A DNA stretch of 64,000 nt from Bacteroidales bacterium. Its GTDB lineage: Bacteria; Bacteroidota; Bacteroidia; Bacteroidales; JAADJA01. The position numbers were made by a program, and so were the translations under genes. The notes under the pieces are model-generated. The model saw only the letters and a list, made by a program, of their open reading frames with translations. It did not search any database and had not been told where the DNA came from. The DNA is taken from positions 3,693-67,692 of the forward strand of contig JAGVPB010000038.1 of assembly GCA_020052415.1 (NCBI GenBank), written 5' to 3'. Positions 1 to 10,295 of this stretch are shown here, piece after piece (position 1 is the stretch's first letter; each line of letters starts with the position of its first letter).

Positions 1-3000
1 TGCAGATATGGCAAGATCAAACCCTCCGATGTCAACACCTTTCGTTTCAGAATTTGTGAGGCGTTTACAGGGTCTGAGCCCGGCCCTGGCATTTCCGTTA
101 ACATGGATCGAGCAGCGTTTATCTGAAACAAATCAGACAATAGTTCAGTTAATTCAGTACGGTAACCAGCTACAAGCTGCACACCAGGTTTCAATCAGCC
201 ACAGTATTGGAAGCCTTCGTTTTTTGGGTACTATGGATTGGCGTGAATTTGTTGAATCCATGAGCCATGTTGACCGGATTCTGCAAACCGATCCTGCCGG
301 AAGCTACTCTGCTATGGATTTTAATACACGTGACCATTATCGTCATGTGATTGAAAATATTGCGAAAAGATCCGGTTTGTCTGAAACTGAAGTGGCAAAA
401 AAATCCATTGAACTTGCTGAGAAAGGTTCTGTACTGAATGGACATGATGATCGAACAGCACATATAGGATATTACTTAATCGGGAAAGGACATCCACAGC
501 TTGAGCGCATCGCAAAAACAAAACATTCATTATTTTCAAAATTCAGACAGGCGATTTCGGGGATACCCTTGTTTTTCTTCGTGGGTTCAATCCTTGTATT
601 AACCCTCGCTTTTAGCTGGAGTCTGTTTGAAAAAGCCCAAAGTGACGGAATGGAAAGCTGGTATTTATGGACTTTTGGTATTCTCCTCTTTGTGGGTACA
701 AGTTATTTGTCAGTTGCAATTGTGAACTGGCTGGCCACTATTTTGGTAAGTCCTGAGCCATTGCCCCGGCTTGATTATTCAAAAGGGATTCCGCCGGAAT
801 CAAGATCTCTGGTAGTTGTTCCTACGATGATTTTTAATGCCCAGAATATTGAAGATCTTGCTTCGGATTTGGAAGTAAGATTTTTAGCAAATCAGGACAA
901 CAACTTACATTTTGGATTATTGACTGATTATAAAGATGCATCACAGGAAAAAATAGAAGAAGACGAATCACTTATTCAACTGGTAAGTAAAAAAATTACG
1001 GAACTAAATGATAAATATCCGGGCGAAAATAAGGATACATTTTTTCTTTTTCATCGTCCGCGAAGATGGAATCCCCACGACAGGATATGGATGGGCTATG
1101 AGCGCAAGAGAGGAAAATTGTCCGATCTGAACTCACTGCTTCGCGGTGGTGCTCAGGATAAGTTTTCGCATATCATCGGTAACCGGGCAGTGTTAAAAAA
1201 AATCAAATACGTCATAACACTTGATACGGATACTCAATTACCCCGTGATTCGGCGCGACAGTTTATCGGAGCTATGTCGCATCCTTTGAATAAACCAAAA
1301 TACGATGAAAAAAAACATCGGGTTACAGAAGGCTATAGTATTCTGCAACCCAGAGTTGCTGTGAGTTTAACGAGTACAAACCAATCGAAATATGCAAAGT
1401 TATTCGGAAGTGAGCCCGGAATAGATCCATATACCCGTGTGATTTCTGATGTTTACCAGGATCTGTTTGGAGAGGGTTCTTTTATTGGCAAGGGTATATA
1501 TGAAGTTGATTCATTTACACAAGCACTGAAGGATCATTTGCCGGAAAACAGAATATTGAGCCATGATCTTATTGAAGGTTGTTATGCCCGCTCCGGATTG
1601 TTAAGCGATGTTCTTTTATTAGAAGACTATCCAGCAAGTTACAAACTGGATGTAACCCGCCGATCGCGTTGGATAAGAGGCGACTGGCAATTGATCCCAT
1701 GGATATTACCTGTGTTACCAAAGATTAATGGCCATTCCCGAAAAAACCCCCTGTCTGTTTTATCCTGGTGGAAAATTCTTGATAATCTAAGGCGCAGTCT
1801 GGTTCCATTTGCTTTGATGTTGATCTTGTTAACCGGCTGGACCATTTTATCAACTTCCTGGTTCTGGACAATGGTTGTGATAGGAATTATATTTATCCCT
1901 TCGCTGATTAACTCCCTTGTTTTAATTTTTCAAAAACCCGGGGAAGTTCACTTTCGGCATCATCTTCTTGCAGCCGGACAATCAGCTGCCGGTCAACTGA
2001 AGCAGGCTGCATTTTTGCTTAGCAGCCTTCCGTATGAGGCACTTTATAATATGAATGCATTATTGCGGACATGCTGGAGATTAATGATTTCAAAAAAACG
2101 ACTTCTTGAATGGAATACTGCAGTAAGAAGTGAGCATCAGAGCAGGTTCAACCTTTTTGAATCATTCCGGACTATATGGATTTCTCCATTTATTGCCTCC
2201 CTAACCACGACCAATATTTTGCTTTTTTTCCCCAATACATATCCAGTTGTATGGCCAATTATATTCTTGTGGTTTGTTTTTCCCTTTATTGCCTGGTGGA
2301 TAAGCAGACCAGTTGTACCAAAAGTTGCAAGATTAACAGATAAACAGGTTCACTTTCTCAGAAATTTATCACGTAAGACCTGGTTCTTTTTTGAAACCTA
2401 TGTCGGACCAGAAGAAAATTGGTTACCCCCGGATAATTTTCAGGAATATCCCGTTTCAGTGGTTGCCCATCGAACATCGCCAACGAATATTGGTCTTTCA
2501 CTTCTTGCAAATCTGTCGGCTTATGATTTTGGTTACATTTATACACATGAGCTTCTCGAGCGTACTTCGAATACCTTCAATACGATGAAATTATTGGAAC
2601 GATACCAGGGTCATTTCTTAAACTGGTACGATACCAAATCTTTGAAGCCACTGAAGCCGTTATATGTTTCATCGGTTGATAGCGGCAATCTTGCTGCTCA
2701 TTTATTAACACTGCGACAGGGGCTTCTTTCCTTACCTGATCAAAAAATTACCGGACCCAGGCTTTTTCAGGGCATTGAGGATACATTACAAATTTTAATC
2801 GAACAAACAAATAAGCCAATTCCAAACCAGATAGTTCAATTTAGGAATTATGTGAATGAACTGATAAATGAGCCTCCGGTTACTCTCGTTGATTTTATTG
2901 ATTCTGTGAAACAATTATCAACATTTTCTACTGAAATTGTTAATGCAATGCCCCCCAATGCTGAAAAGAAATACAGAATTTGGACAAATAATCTTACACA

Positions 3001-6000
3001 GCAATGTCAGGGAGGCTTAAAAGAATTGAGCATACTGGCCGGATGGATGATAAATTCGGATACTGCTGAAATAAGGGACAAGCATCCGGTTAGTATAACC
3101 ATTCCGACATTACGGGAAATCTCCCAAACGAATGTGAGCGATTTTACATCTTCCAGCCATTTACCTTTAATTAGAAATGCTGTGGAATTTGCTAAGGAAA
3201 GGATTGATCTTATTGACGAGCTGGCTAAGGCGGCGGTAGATTTTGCAAACATGGAGTATGGCTTTTTATACAATAAAACACTGCGTTTGCAAACGATTGG
3301 ATTTAATGTTGAAGATCGCCGGCCCGATTCAAGTTATTATGATTTACTGGCTTCAGAAGCCAGATTGTCCAGTTTTGTTGCGATAGCGCAAAACAAGGTA
3401 CCACAGGAAAGCTGGTTTGCATTGGGACGCCTTCTTACCACCATAGAAGGCGAACCCGTTCTTCTTTCATGGAGTGGCTCTATGTTCGAATATCTTATGC
3501 CTCTCATCATAATGCCATCATTTGAAAATAGTTTACTGCATCAGACCTGTAAAGCAGCAGTTATCCGGCAAATCGAATATGGAAAACTCAGAGGGGTACC
3601 GTGGGGGATTTCTGAATCAGGCTACAACCGGGTTGATGTTCAGCTTAATTATCAGTATCGAGCATTTGGAGTGCCAGGCATTGGTCTCAAAAGGGGACTC
3701 TCTGAAGACCTGGTTGTAGCGCCTTATGCAACAGCCCTTGCATTGATGGTTATGCCGGAGGAAGCTTGTGCAAACCTTGAGCGTCTTGCTGATGAGGGTT
3801 TTGTAGGAAACTTCGGATTTTATGAGGCGATAGATTATACTTCCTCCCGAATACCTCGTGGTCAGTCGGAGGCTGTTGTAAAATCTTTTATGGCTCACCA
3901 TGCGGGAATGAGTCTTCTGTCTCTGGCCTATGTTTTATTAAATAGCCCGATGCAAAAGAGGTTTAATTCGGATCCATTTTTCCAGGCAACATTATTGTTG
4001 CTTAATGAAAGAATTCCCAGGACAACATCATTCTTTTCACATACTTCCGGTGCTCCTGACATTCGGGCAATTAATGATAATCAGGAGATGCCTTTGCGTG
4101 TATTTAATACACCTGATACACCCTTTCCGGAGGTCAAAATTTTATCTAACGGAAGCAGGTACCGTGTAATTATTACGAATGCAGGAGGCGGGTATAGTCA
4201 TTGGAAAAATATTGCAGTGACACGCTGGCGCGAAGACGTCACCTGCGATAATTGGGGCTCTTTTTGCTATATACGTGATACGGAAAATGGAAATTTCTGG
4301 TCAACTACATTTCAACCCACACTTAAACGTCCGGAAAAATATGAAGTCATATTTTCGGAAGGACGTGCAGAATTCCGGCGACGCGATTTTGATATTGACA
4401 CCTATACTGAAATCGTAGTTTCACCAGAGGATGACATTGAACTGCGAAGGGTACATATAACAAACCATAGCCAAACAAAAAGGATAATTGATATTACCAG
4501 CTATGCAGAAGTTGTGATTGCCCCAAATGATGCTGATTTATCACATCCTGCATTCAGTAATCTTTTTGTTCAAACAGAAATTCTCAACCAACGGCAGGCA
4601 ATTCTCTGCACCCGGCGTCCAAGGTCTGTTGATGAAAAATCCCCCTGGATGTTTCACCTTATGGCAGTTCACGGGACTGAAGTGCGGAATATCAGCTATG
4701 AAACTGACCGTATGCAATTCATTGGACGTGGAAACACGCTTGTATCGCCACATGCAATGACGAATGCCAAATCCCTCTCAGGAAGCCAGGGTTCTGTGCT
4801 GGATCCGGTTGTGGCTATTCAATATCAACTTGTACTGGCGCCTGAAGGTTCAGCAACTATTGATATAGTAACAGGAATATGTATGGCACGGGAAGAAGCA
4901 ATAAATCTTGTTGACAAATATAAGGATATGCAAATTGCAAACCGGGTTTTTGAACTTGCATGGACTCACAGCCAGGTTGTGTTGCGACAAATTAATGCAA
5001 GCGAATCGGATGCACAGTTATATGGACGCCTTGCCAGTTCTATTATTTTTAATAATTCAACGTGGCGGGCAGAACCTGGTGTCATAATGAAAAACCATCG
5101 TGGACAATCGGGTCTGTGGGGGTATTCCATTTCAGGTGATTTACCTATTGTGCTTTTACAAATTGAAGATCAGGCAAATATCAATCTGGTGCTTCAACTC
5201 GTTCAGGCACATGCCTACTGGAGATTGAAAGGACTGGCAGTAGATCTTGTAATCTGGAATGAAGATCATGCTGGATATCGTCAGCAACTCCAGGAACAAA
5301 TACTCGGATTAATTGCTGCAGGAATTGAAGCAAACATAATTGATCGTCCCGGTGGAATATTTGTCCGCTCTGCTGACCAAATTTCAAACGAGGATCGTAT
5401 TCTTTTCCAAACTGTTGCGCGCATAATTATTAGTGATTCCCATGGAGTTTTGGCAGATCAGATAAACCGGCGCGGATATAGTGAATTATCTGTTCCGCGT
5501 TTCAAACCAACCCGAATGTATAAGCCCAATCCCACTTCGGATGTTGTACTGCCCCGGAAGGACCTTATTTTTTATAATGGGCTTGGTGGATTTACAACCG
5601 ATGGACGTGAATATGTAATAACAACTTCGAAGGACAGAATAACACCGGCACCATGGGTAAATATTCTTGCAAATAAAGGATTCGGATCTGTAATTTCTGC
5701 TAACGGAAGTGCATATACCTGGGCTGAAAATTCACATGAGTATCGCCTTACACCCTGGAACAACGATACTGTAACCGATTCAGGCGGTGAAATCTTATAT
5801 TTACGGGATGAAGAAACGGGCCACTTCTGGTCTCCAACACCTCATTCCGACAGTGAATCAAAGTTATACCTAAGCCGGCATGGATTCGGTTATAGTGTAT
5901 TCGAACACAATGAGGGTGGTATTGAAACCGAACTTTGGGTTTATGTTGACTCAGATGCACCGGTAAAGTTTTTAGTATTAAAAGTGAAAAACCTATCCGG

Positions 6001-7969
6001 TAGATTATGCAAATTATCCGCTATATGCTATGTTGAGTGGGTACTAGGTGAAATGCGACACCAAACTGCTATGCATGTGAAAACAGCTTTTGACCTAAAT
6101 AGCAATGCAATATTTGCATCAAATCCCTACAGTTCGGAGTTTGCTGAACGCGTCGCTTTTCTTCAAACCGATGATTCAATACAATCATTGACGTGCGACC
6201 GTACGGAATTTCTTGGACGAAACGGTACATCAAAAAAACCGGCTGCCATGTCTCTCTCGCGGTTTTCAGGTAAAAAAGGTGTCGCTATTGATCCATGTGC
6301 CGCCATTCAGGTCCCTTTTGAAATAGCTCCAGGTCAGGAACGCGAGATCATATTCAGACTTGGTTCAGGTCGGAATATGGCCGAGGCAACAAGCCTCATT
6401 CGTCGTTTTAGTGGATCAGCTTCTGCAAGAACCGCACTGGAAACAGTATGGCAATATTGGAATAACACAATTGGCGCCGTGCAGGTAGAAACGCCCGACC
6501 TGTCAGTGAATGTCCTTGTTAATGGTTGGCTTATCTATCAAACTTTGGTTGGCCGGATATGGGCGCGAAGCGGGTATTATCAATCGTCAGGTGCTTATGG
6601 TTTTCGTGATCAGTTGCAGGATGCCATGGCTTTAATTCATACCAAACCACATCTGCTGCGGGAACATCTCCTGCTTTTTGCCAGTCGGCAATTTCAGGAA
6701 GGAGATGTACAGCACTGGTGGCATCCGCCATTTGGAAGAGGAGTTCGTACGCGTTGTTCAGACGATTATCTTTGGCTACCTTTAGCTGCTTGTCGCTATG
6801 TTTTTGGCACAGGAGATTCAGGAGTACTGGACGAGTCCGTTCATTTTCTTGAAGGACGGCCTGTAAACCCTGAAGATGATTCATATTATGATCTTCCGGC
6901 CCGGTCGGAAGAGAAAGGAACATTATACGAACATTGCAGACGTTCGATCCTGTATGGGCTTAAATTTGGCGAACACGGACTACCTCTTATGGGCACCGGC
7001 GACTGGAATGATGGTATGAACATGGTCGGGAATCAGGGCAAAGGTGAGAGCGTTTGGCTTGGCTTTTTTATTTTTGATATCCTTGGCCAATTTATCAAAA
7101 TTGCAGAAGCAAGAAATGACGTTGAATTTGTTAAAATCTGCAGAAATTCAGCCATCATATTACAACAGAATATTGAAAAAAACGCATGGGACGGTGAATG
7201 GTACCGGCGCGCATATTTTGATAATGGCTCACCCCTTGGATCATCAGGTAATGATGAATGTCAGATTGATTCTATCTCTCAAAGCTGGTCGGTGCTATCA
7301 GGAGCAGGCAGTCATGAAAGGTCGTTGAAAGCCATGGAATCTGTGAACAAAAGACTTGTTAAACATACCCATTCATTGGTTCAATTATTGGACCCGCCTT
7401 TTGATAAATCTGATCTGAATCCGGGATATATTAAAGGATATGTTCCCGGAGTGAGAGAGAATGGCGGTCAGTACACCCATGCAGCAATTTGGGCTGCTAT
7501 GGCTTTCTCTGCGTTGGGAGACAATAAAAATGCCTGGGAAATTCTTACCATGATCAATCCTATTAATCATTCCAGTTCACCCGAAGAAATTGCCCGGTAT
7601 AAAGTTGAGCCTTATGTAATGGCAGCTGATGTTTATGGTTTAGAACCCCATATTGGCAGAGGTGGATGGACCTGGTATACCGGATCAGCCGGATGGATGT
7701 TCCGTTTGATTATGGAATCGTTACTTGGATTAAGGCTTGAAACAGACAAGCTTTTTATTGAACCTTGCATTCCTTCCGACTGGGTTTCTTATAAAATCCA
7801 TTATAGATACAGGGAAACAATGTACCGGATAACCGTTACCCAGCATCATGAAGACCGGACGAATATTAAATTAATTGTAGATGGGACTGAAATTCAGGAA
7901 TCGTTTATTCGACTTGCCAACGATCATCAGGAGCATTTTGCCGAAGTAAATATTTATCGGAAAATCTGA
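1..7969 (+). CDS. Cyclic beta-1,2-glucan synthase-like giant enzyme (glycosyltransferase domain plus GH94 cellobiose-phosphorylase-like C-terminal region); probably 5'-truncated by the window edge
   Basis: The 2653-aa ORF has no in-frame stop between base 2 and the first ATG at 8. It has multi-TM segments, a glycosyltransferase DxD region (ITLDTDTQLPRD) and GH94-type stretches near the C-terminus (GYYQSSGAYGFRDQLQD, GTGDWNDGMN, GGQYTHAA). Confidence 0.85.
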   Translation, partial: ADMARSNPPMSTPFVSEFVRRLQGLSPALAFPLTWIEQRLSETNQTIVQLIQYGNQLQAAHQVSISHSIGSLRFLGTMDWREFVESMSHVDRILQTDPAGSYSAMDFNTRDHYRHVIENIAKRSGLSETEVAKKSIELAEKGSVLNGHDDRTAHIGYYLIGKGHPQLERIAKTKHSLFSKFRQAISGIPLFFFVGSILVLTLAFSWSLFEKAQSDGMESWYLWTFGILLFVGTSYLSVAIVNWLATILVSPEPLPRLDYSKGIPPESRSLVVVPTMIFNAQNIEDLASDLEVRFLANQDNNLHFGLLTDYKDASQEKIEEDESLIQLVSKKITELNDKYPGENKDTFFLFHRPRRWNPHDRIWMGYERKRGKLSDLNSLLRGGAQDKFSHIIGNRAVLKKIKYVITLDTDTQLPRDSARQFIGAMSHPLNKPKYDEKKHRVTEGYSILQPRVAVSLTSTNQSKYAKLFGSEPGIDPYTRVISDVYQDLFGEGSFIGKGIYEVDSFTQALKDHLPENRILSHDLIEGCYARSGLLSDVLLLEDYPASYKLDVTRRSRWIRGDWQLIPWILPVLPKINGHSRKNPLSVLSWWKILDNLRRSLVPFALMLILLTGWTILSTSWFWTMVVIGIIFIPSLINSLVLIFQKPGEVHFRHHLLAAGQSAAGQLKQAAFLLSSLPYEALYNMNALLRTCWRLMISKKRLLEWNTAVRSEHQSRFNLFESFRTIWISPFIASLTTTNILLFFPNTYPVVWPIIFLWFVFPFIAWWISRPVVPKVARLTDKQVHFLRNLSRKTWFFFETYVGPEENWLPPDNFQEYPVSVVAHRTSPTNIGLSLLANLSAYDFGYIYTHELLERTSNTFNTMKLLERYQGHFLNWYDTKSLKPLKPLYVSSVDSGNLAAHLLTLRQGLLSLPDQKITGPRLFQGIEDTLQILIEQTNKPIPNQIVQFRNYVNELINEPPVTLVDFIDSVKQLSTFSTEIVNAMPPNAEKKYRIWTNNLTQQCQGGLKELSILAGWMINSDTAEIRDKHPVSITIPTLREISQTNVSDFTSSSHLPLIRNAVEFAKERIDLIDELAKAAVDFANMEYGFLYNKTLRLQTIGFNVEDRRPDSSYYDLLASEARLSSFVAIAQNKVPQESWFALGRLLTTIEGEPVLLSWSGSMFEYLMPLIIMPSFENSLLHQTCKAAVIRQIEYGKLRGVPWGISESGYNRVDVQLNYQYRAFGVPGIGLKRGLSEDLVVAPYATALALMVMPEEACANLERLADEGFVGNFGFYEAIDYTSSRIPRGQSEAVVKSFMAHHAGMSLLSLAYVLLNSPMQKRFNSDPFFQATLLLLNERIPRTTSFFSHTSGAPDIRAINDNQEMPLRVFNTPDTPFPEVKILSNGSRYRVIITNAGGGYSHWKNIAVTRWREDVTCDNWGSFCYIRDTENGNFWSTTFQPTLKRPEKYEVIFSEGRAEFRRRDFDIDTYTEIVVSPEDDIELRRVHITNHSQTKRIIDITSYAEVVIAPNDADLSHPAFSNLFVQTEILNQRQAILCTRRPRSVDEKSPWMFHLMAVHGTEVRNISYETDRMQFIGRGNTLVSPHAMTNAKSLSGSQGSVLDPVVAIQYQLVLAPEGSATIDIVTGICMAREEAINLVDKYKDMQIANRVFELAWTHSQVVLRQINASESDAQLYGRLASSIIFNNSTWRAEPGVIMKNHRGQSGLWGYSISGDLPIVLLQIEDQANINLVLQLVQAHAYWRLKGLAVDLVIWNEDHAGYRQQLQEQILGLIAAGIEANIIDRPGGIFVRSADQISNEDRILFQTVARIIISDSHGVLADQINRRGYSELSVPRFKPTRMYKPNPTSDVVLPRKDLIFYNGLGGFTTDGREYVITTSKDRITPAPWVNILANKGFGSVISANGSAYTWAENSHEYRLTPWNNDTVTDSGGEILYLRDEETGHFWSPTPHSDSESKLYLSRHGFGYSVFEHNEGGIETELWVYVDSDAPVKFLVLKVKNLSGRLCKLSAICYVEWVLGEMRHQTAMHVKTAFDLNSNAIFASNPYSSEFAERVAFLQTDDSIQSLTCDRTEFLGRNGTSKKPAAMSLSRFSGKKGVAIDPCAAIQVPFEIAPGQEREIIFRLGSGRNMAEATSLIRRFSGSASARTALETVWQYWNNTIGAVQVETPDLSVNVLVNGWLIYQTLVGRIWARSGYYQSSGAYGFRDQLQDAMALIHTKPHLLREHLLLFASRQFQEGDVQHWWHPPFGRGVRTRCSDDYLWLPLAACRYVFGTGDSGVLDESVHFLEGRPVNPEDDSYYDLPARSEEKGTLYEHCRRSILYGLKFGEHGLPLMGTGDWNDGMNMVGNQGKGESVWLGFFIFDILGQFIKIAEARNDVEFVKICRNSAIILQQNIEKNAWDGEWYRRAYFDNGSPLGSSGNDECQIDSISQSWSVLSGAGSHERSLKAMESVNKRLVKHTHSLVQLLDPPFDKSDLNPGYIKGYVPGVRENGGQYTHAAIWAAMAFSALGDNKNAWEILTMINPINHSSSPEEIARYKVEPYVMAADVYGLEPHIGRGGWTWYTGSAGWMFRLIMESLLGLRLETDKLFIEPCIPSDWVSYKIHYRYRETMYRITVTQHHEDRTNIKLIVDGTEIQESFIRLANDHQEHFAEVNIYRKI

Positions 7970-8129
7970 TGCTTTTCGACAACAATTCCATTTAAATCGT
8001 TACCTTTGACATGGTTAATACTGAGCTCATTTGCTTTACCCAGGCTGTTGAACCGCATTTTTGTTGGATAGAGTTGGCCTGCACGTATTATCAGAGGCTA
8101 TGTTTTACTTATTATTAAAATCAGTGAAG

Positions 8130-8777
8130 ATGACAAAGAACCGATTGACTACCCTGCTTATCATCGCCGCATTCCTGATCATTATAAGTGTCCTGGTCAT
8201 TTATCTGACCGGAGGGGCAGGTAAAAAGAAAACGGAAATCAAATGGAACATCATGGGGCAGGAACTGAGCATCAACATGGAGGAAGACCTTATTGACCAT
8301 AAGACTTTGCTGAGTAAATTGTTTTCGGAAGACTTTTCGAAAAGCGGCGCCAAAGACTGGCTGAAGAAAAACGAGAACCTGTATGAAATTACTGACCCCG
8401 ATCTGGCGAAACAGATAGCCTTGCTGGATTATAACTCAACGGTTTCGAAAGAACTTCGGGAACTGAGCCTAAAGAGATTAGGCCCGTGGGCTTACCAGTT
8501 TGATACGGTGTTCATTGGTATTCCTGAACTGGCCGACCAGCCCCGTGAAGGGTTTGCAAGTGTCTGCAGAAACGAAAACTACCCGGGTAAAAGACTAAAG
8601 ATTTACAACCTTGATTTAACCAAATCCATTGAAGTTTTGGCAACAGGGAAATACGACTGCCCGGCAGGGCTTAAGTTTCCGGATATTCAACTTAATGTAA
8701 ATGATGCAGCTTTATTGCTTGGAACCATTAATTTTTCACAATATGAAAAGGGAATCGCTCTGGTGTTGAGTGAGTGA
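8130..8777 (+). CDS. Hypothetical membrane-anchored protein
   Basis: The ORF track starts at TTG 8061. The ATG at 8130 gives MTKNRLTTLLIIAAFLIIISVLVIYL, a typical N-terminal signal anchor. No family recognised. Confidence 0.55.
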   Translation: MTKNRLTTLLIIAAFLIIISVLVIYLTGGAGKKKTEIKWNIMGQELSINMEEDLIDHKTLLSKLFSEDFSKSGAKDWLKKNENLYEITDPDLAKQIALLDYNSTVSKELRELSLKRLGPWAYQFDTVFIGIPELADQPREGFASVCRNENYPGKRLKIYNLDLTKSIEVLATGKYDCPAGLKFPDIQLNVNDAALLLGTINFSQYEKGIALVLSE

Positions 8778-8790
8778 AGGGGAGTGCCGG

Positions 8791-8991
8791 GTTCAAGGTT
8801 TCAGGTTCAAGGTTGAGTCCAGTCCGAAAAGTAAAAATTATGCCACAAAAGCTCTAAAACACAAAATTGCACCAAAACTTTTGGTTGATTTTCAAACTTT
8901 TGTGGGATTTAGAGATTTTGTGTTTTGGTGGCGTTCTTCATCTTGTCATTTTTCGGAGTGGACTCAAGGTTCAAGGTTTCAGGTTGAAAGA
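8791..8991. repeat. Composite intergenic element: GGTTCAAGGTTTCAGG-type low-complexity flanks in direct orientation around an imperfect inverted repeat
   Basis: GGTTCAAGGTTTCAGGTTCAAGGTTGAG lies at 8791-8818 and CAAGGTTCAAGGTTTCAGGTTGAAAG at about 8966-8991. The inner arms GAGTCCAGTCCGAAAAG (8816-8832) and TTTTTCGGAGTGGACTC (8950-8966) are reverse complements at 15/17. CCACAAAAG/CACCAAAAC-type blocks lie between them. Confidence 0.8.
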
Positions 8992-9049
8992 CATTGGTCG
9001 CTGCAGCAGTAATCATTTCAGGTACGGTTAAAGTTAAAAACTCAAAGTT

Positions 9050-9092
9050 GATATTAGATATTAGATATTAGATATTAGATATTTGATATTTG
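9050..9092. repeat. Heptamer tandem array (GATATTA)n
   Basis: GATATTAGATATTAGATATTAGATATTAGATATTTGATATTTG, read directly from the sequence. Confidence 0.9.
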
Positions 9093-9232
9093 TGGTGGAA
9101 CAGATTCGGGTTGGGTATGTGTGAATGATGTAAATTATTGCTATAATTATGTAATGGTTATTGAAACAAAGTATTACATTTTTGCAGAGTAATTTAAATT
9201 AAATAATAACGGACAATTAAATTCAACAAATC

Positions 9233-10042
9233 ATGAAATTTAAAAATATAAAAAACCATTGGGTCATATTCATTTTGCTTGGTCTTATCCTGTTAGCTTC
9301 ATGCAATAAAGATAAGGATTCGGATCCTCAACCGGGCAATGCAACCATTTCTATTAAGTTAGGAGATAGTCCGGCGGGTTTTGATGCTGTGAATGTGGAA
9401 ATATTGAGGGTGAATGTAAACATCAATGGATCCTGGCATGAATATGCAGTGGCAACACCGGGTGTATATAACCTTCTGCAATTCACTAACGGAAATACAC
9501 TGTTGCTTTTAGACCAGACATCAGTTCCAAACGGGTCCATTTCTGAACTCCGGTTGATCCTTGGCGACAACAATTCCATTGTGGTTGATGGATTTACGTT
9601 AGAACTCAAAATCCCATCGGGTCAATCCAGCGGATTTAAAGTAAAAATGGGATCGCAGCCCCTATTATCAGGTGTTGCTTATAGCCTTATCCTTGACTTT
9701 GATGTGAATAAATCGGTTCATCCTGCAGGAAGTAATAAATACATTCTTAAACCGGTCGTAAGAGGCTACCTGGAAACAGCATTAGGTAAATTGTCAGGAA
9801 CCATTTCGCCCATCAACAGTGCCTACTATATAATGGCAACAAACGCTGCAGATACTGCCGGAACATACATTAACCAGGCGGATGGTTTTTTCCTGATCAC
9901 TACACTGAATCCGGGGACTTACAACGTTCACTTTTATGCCAATGCGCCGTATTTAGATAAGGATATTTTCCCTGTGGTTATAGTTGCAGGCCAAACTTTG
10001 GAACTGGGAACAATAATTATGCAACCTATTGCATTGGATTAA
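9233..10042 (+). CDS. DUF4382-like lipoprotein with C-terminal carboxypeptidase-regulatory-like beta-sandwich
   Basis: Lipobox LLASC. The region ISIKLGDSPAGFDAVNVEILRVNV...YNLLQFTNG...ISELRLILG...IPSGQSSGFKV is typical of DUF4382 proteins. Confidence 0.7.
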   Translation: MKFKNIKNHWVIFILLGLILLASCNKDKDSDPQPGNATISIKLGDSPAGFDAVNVEILRVNVNINGSWHEYAVATPGVYNLLQFTNGNTLLLLDQTSVPNGSISELRLILGDNNSIVVDGFTLELKIPSGQSSGFKVKMGSQPLLSGVAYSLILDFDVNKSVHPAGSNKYILKPVVRGYLETALGKLSGTISPINSAYYIMATNAADTAGTYINQADGFFLITTLNPGTYNVHFYANAPYLDKDIFPVVIVAGQTLELGTIIMQPIALD

Positions 10043-10079
10043 AGAAAGAGTGCATGATCGGCTAAGGCATTTTTTTGGT

Positions 10080-10116
10080 GAGAGAGGCATTTCGCCGCAG
10101 GCGAAATGCCTCTCTC
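10080..10116. terminator. Perfect 17-bp stem hairpin between convergent genes
   Basis: GAGAGAGGCATTTCGCC-GCA-GGCGAAATGCCTCTCTC, preceded by a T-run (TTTTTTTGGT). It lies 38 nt after the stop of 9233..10042. Confidence 0.75.
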
Positions 10117-10119
10117 CTT

Positions 10120-10242
10120 ATGTCACCAACGAACTTGTCATTCCGAATGGAGCGAAGCGGAATGAGGAATCTCACCCTCTCTCACAGCATCACCAATGAA
10201 ATTGTCATTCCGAAAGTAGCGAAGCGGAATGAGGAATCTCAT
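10120..10242. repeat. Two tandem copies (67-bp period) of a REP-like palindromic unit
   Basis: GTCATTCCGAATGGAGCGAAGCGGAATGAGGAATCTC lies at 10137-10173 and GTCATTCCGAAAGTAGCGAAGCGGAATGAGGAATCTC at 10204-10240. Each is preceded by TCACCAAyGAAmTT. The internal hairpin is CATTCCG/CGGAATG. Confidence 0.85.
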
Positions 10243-10295
10243 TTGATTTAGGATCATTATTGCAGTTAGGAATAACAATAGTGTTTTTGACAAGG

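Noticed and set aside
191-7570. About 15 short ORFs (60-130 aa) on either strand inside the 8..7969 gene (e.g. 191..463, 3617..3901, 6531..6923)
   Set aside because: They lie entirely within, and mostly antisense to, a 2653-aa ORF with clear enzyme motifs. They have no independent signals and their translations look non-protein-like.
8770-9012. ORF 8770..9012 (80 aa), and likewise 14394..14633 and 14405..14614
   Set aside because: They are simply translations of the heptamer arrays and the palindromic element (e.g. RVQGFRFKVES, LLVSGYWMLVA). They have no start context and are low-complexity.
9050-9092. Possibility that the tandem arrays (here and at 14340, 21575, 37569, 39282) are CRISPR arrays
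   Set aside because: The period is only 7-9 bp, there are no unique spacers of 25-40 bp, and there are no cas genes in the window.
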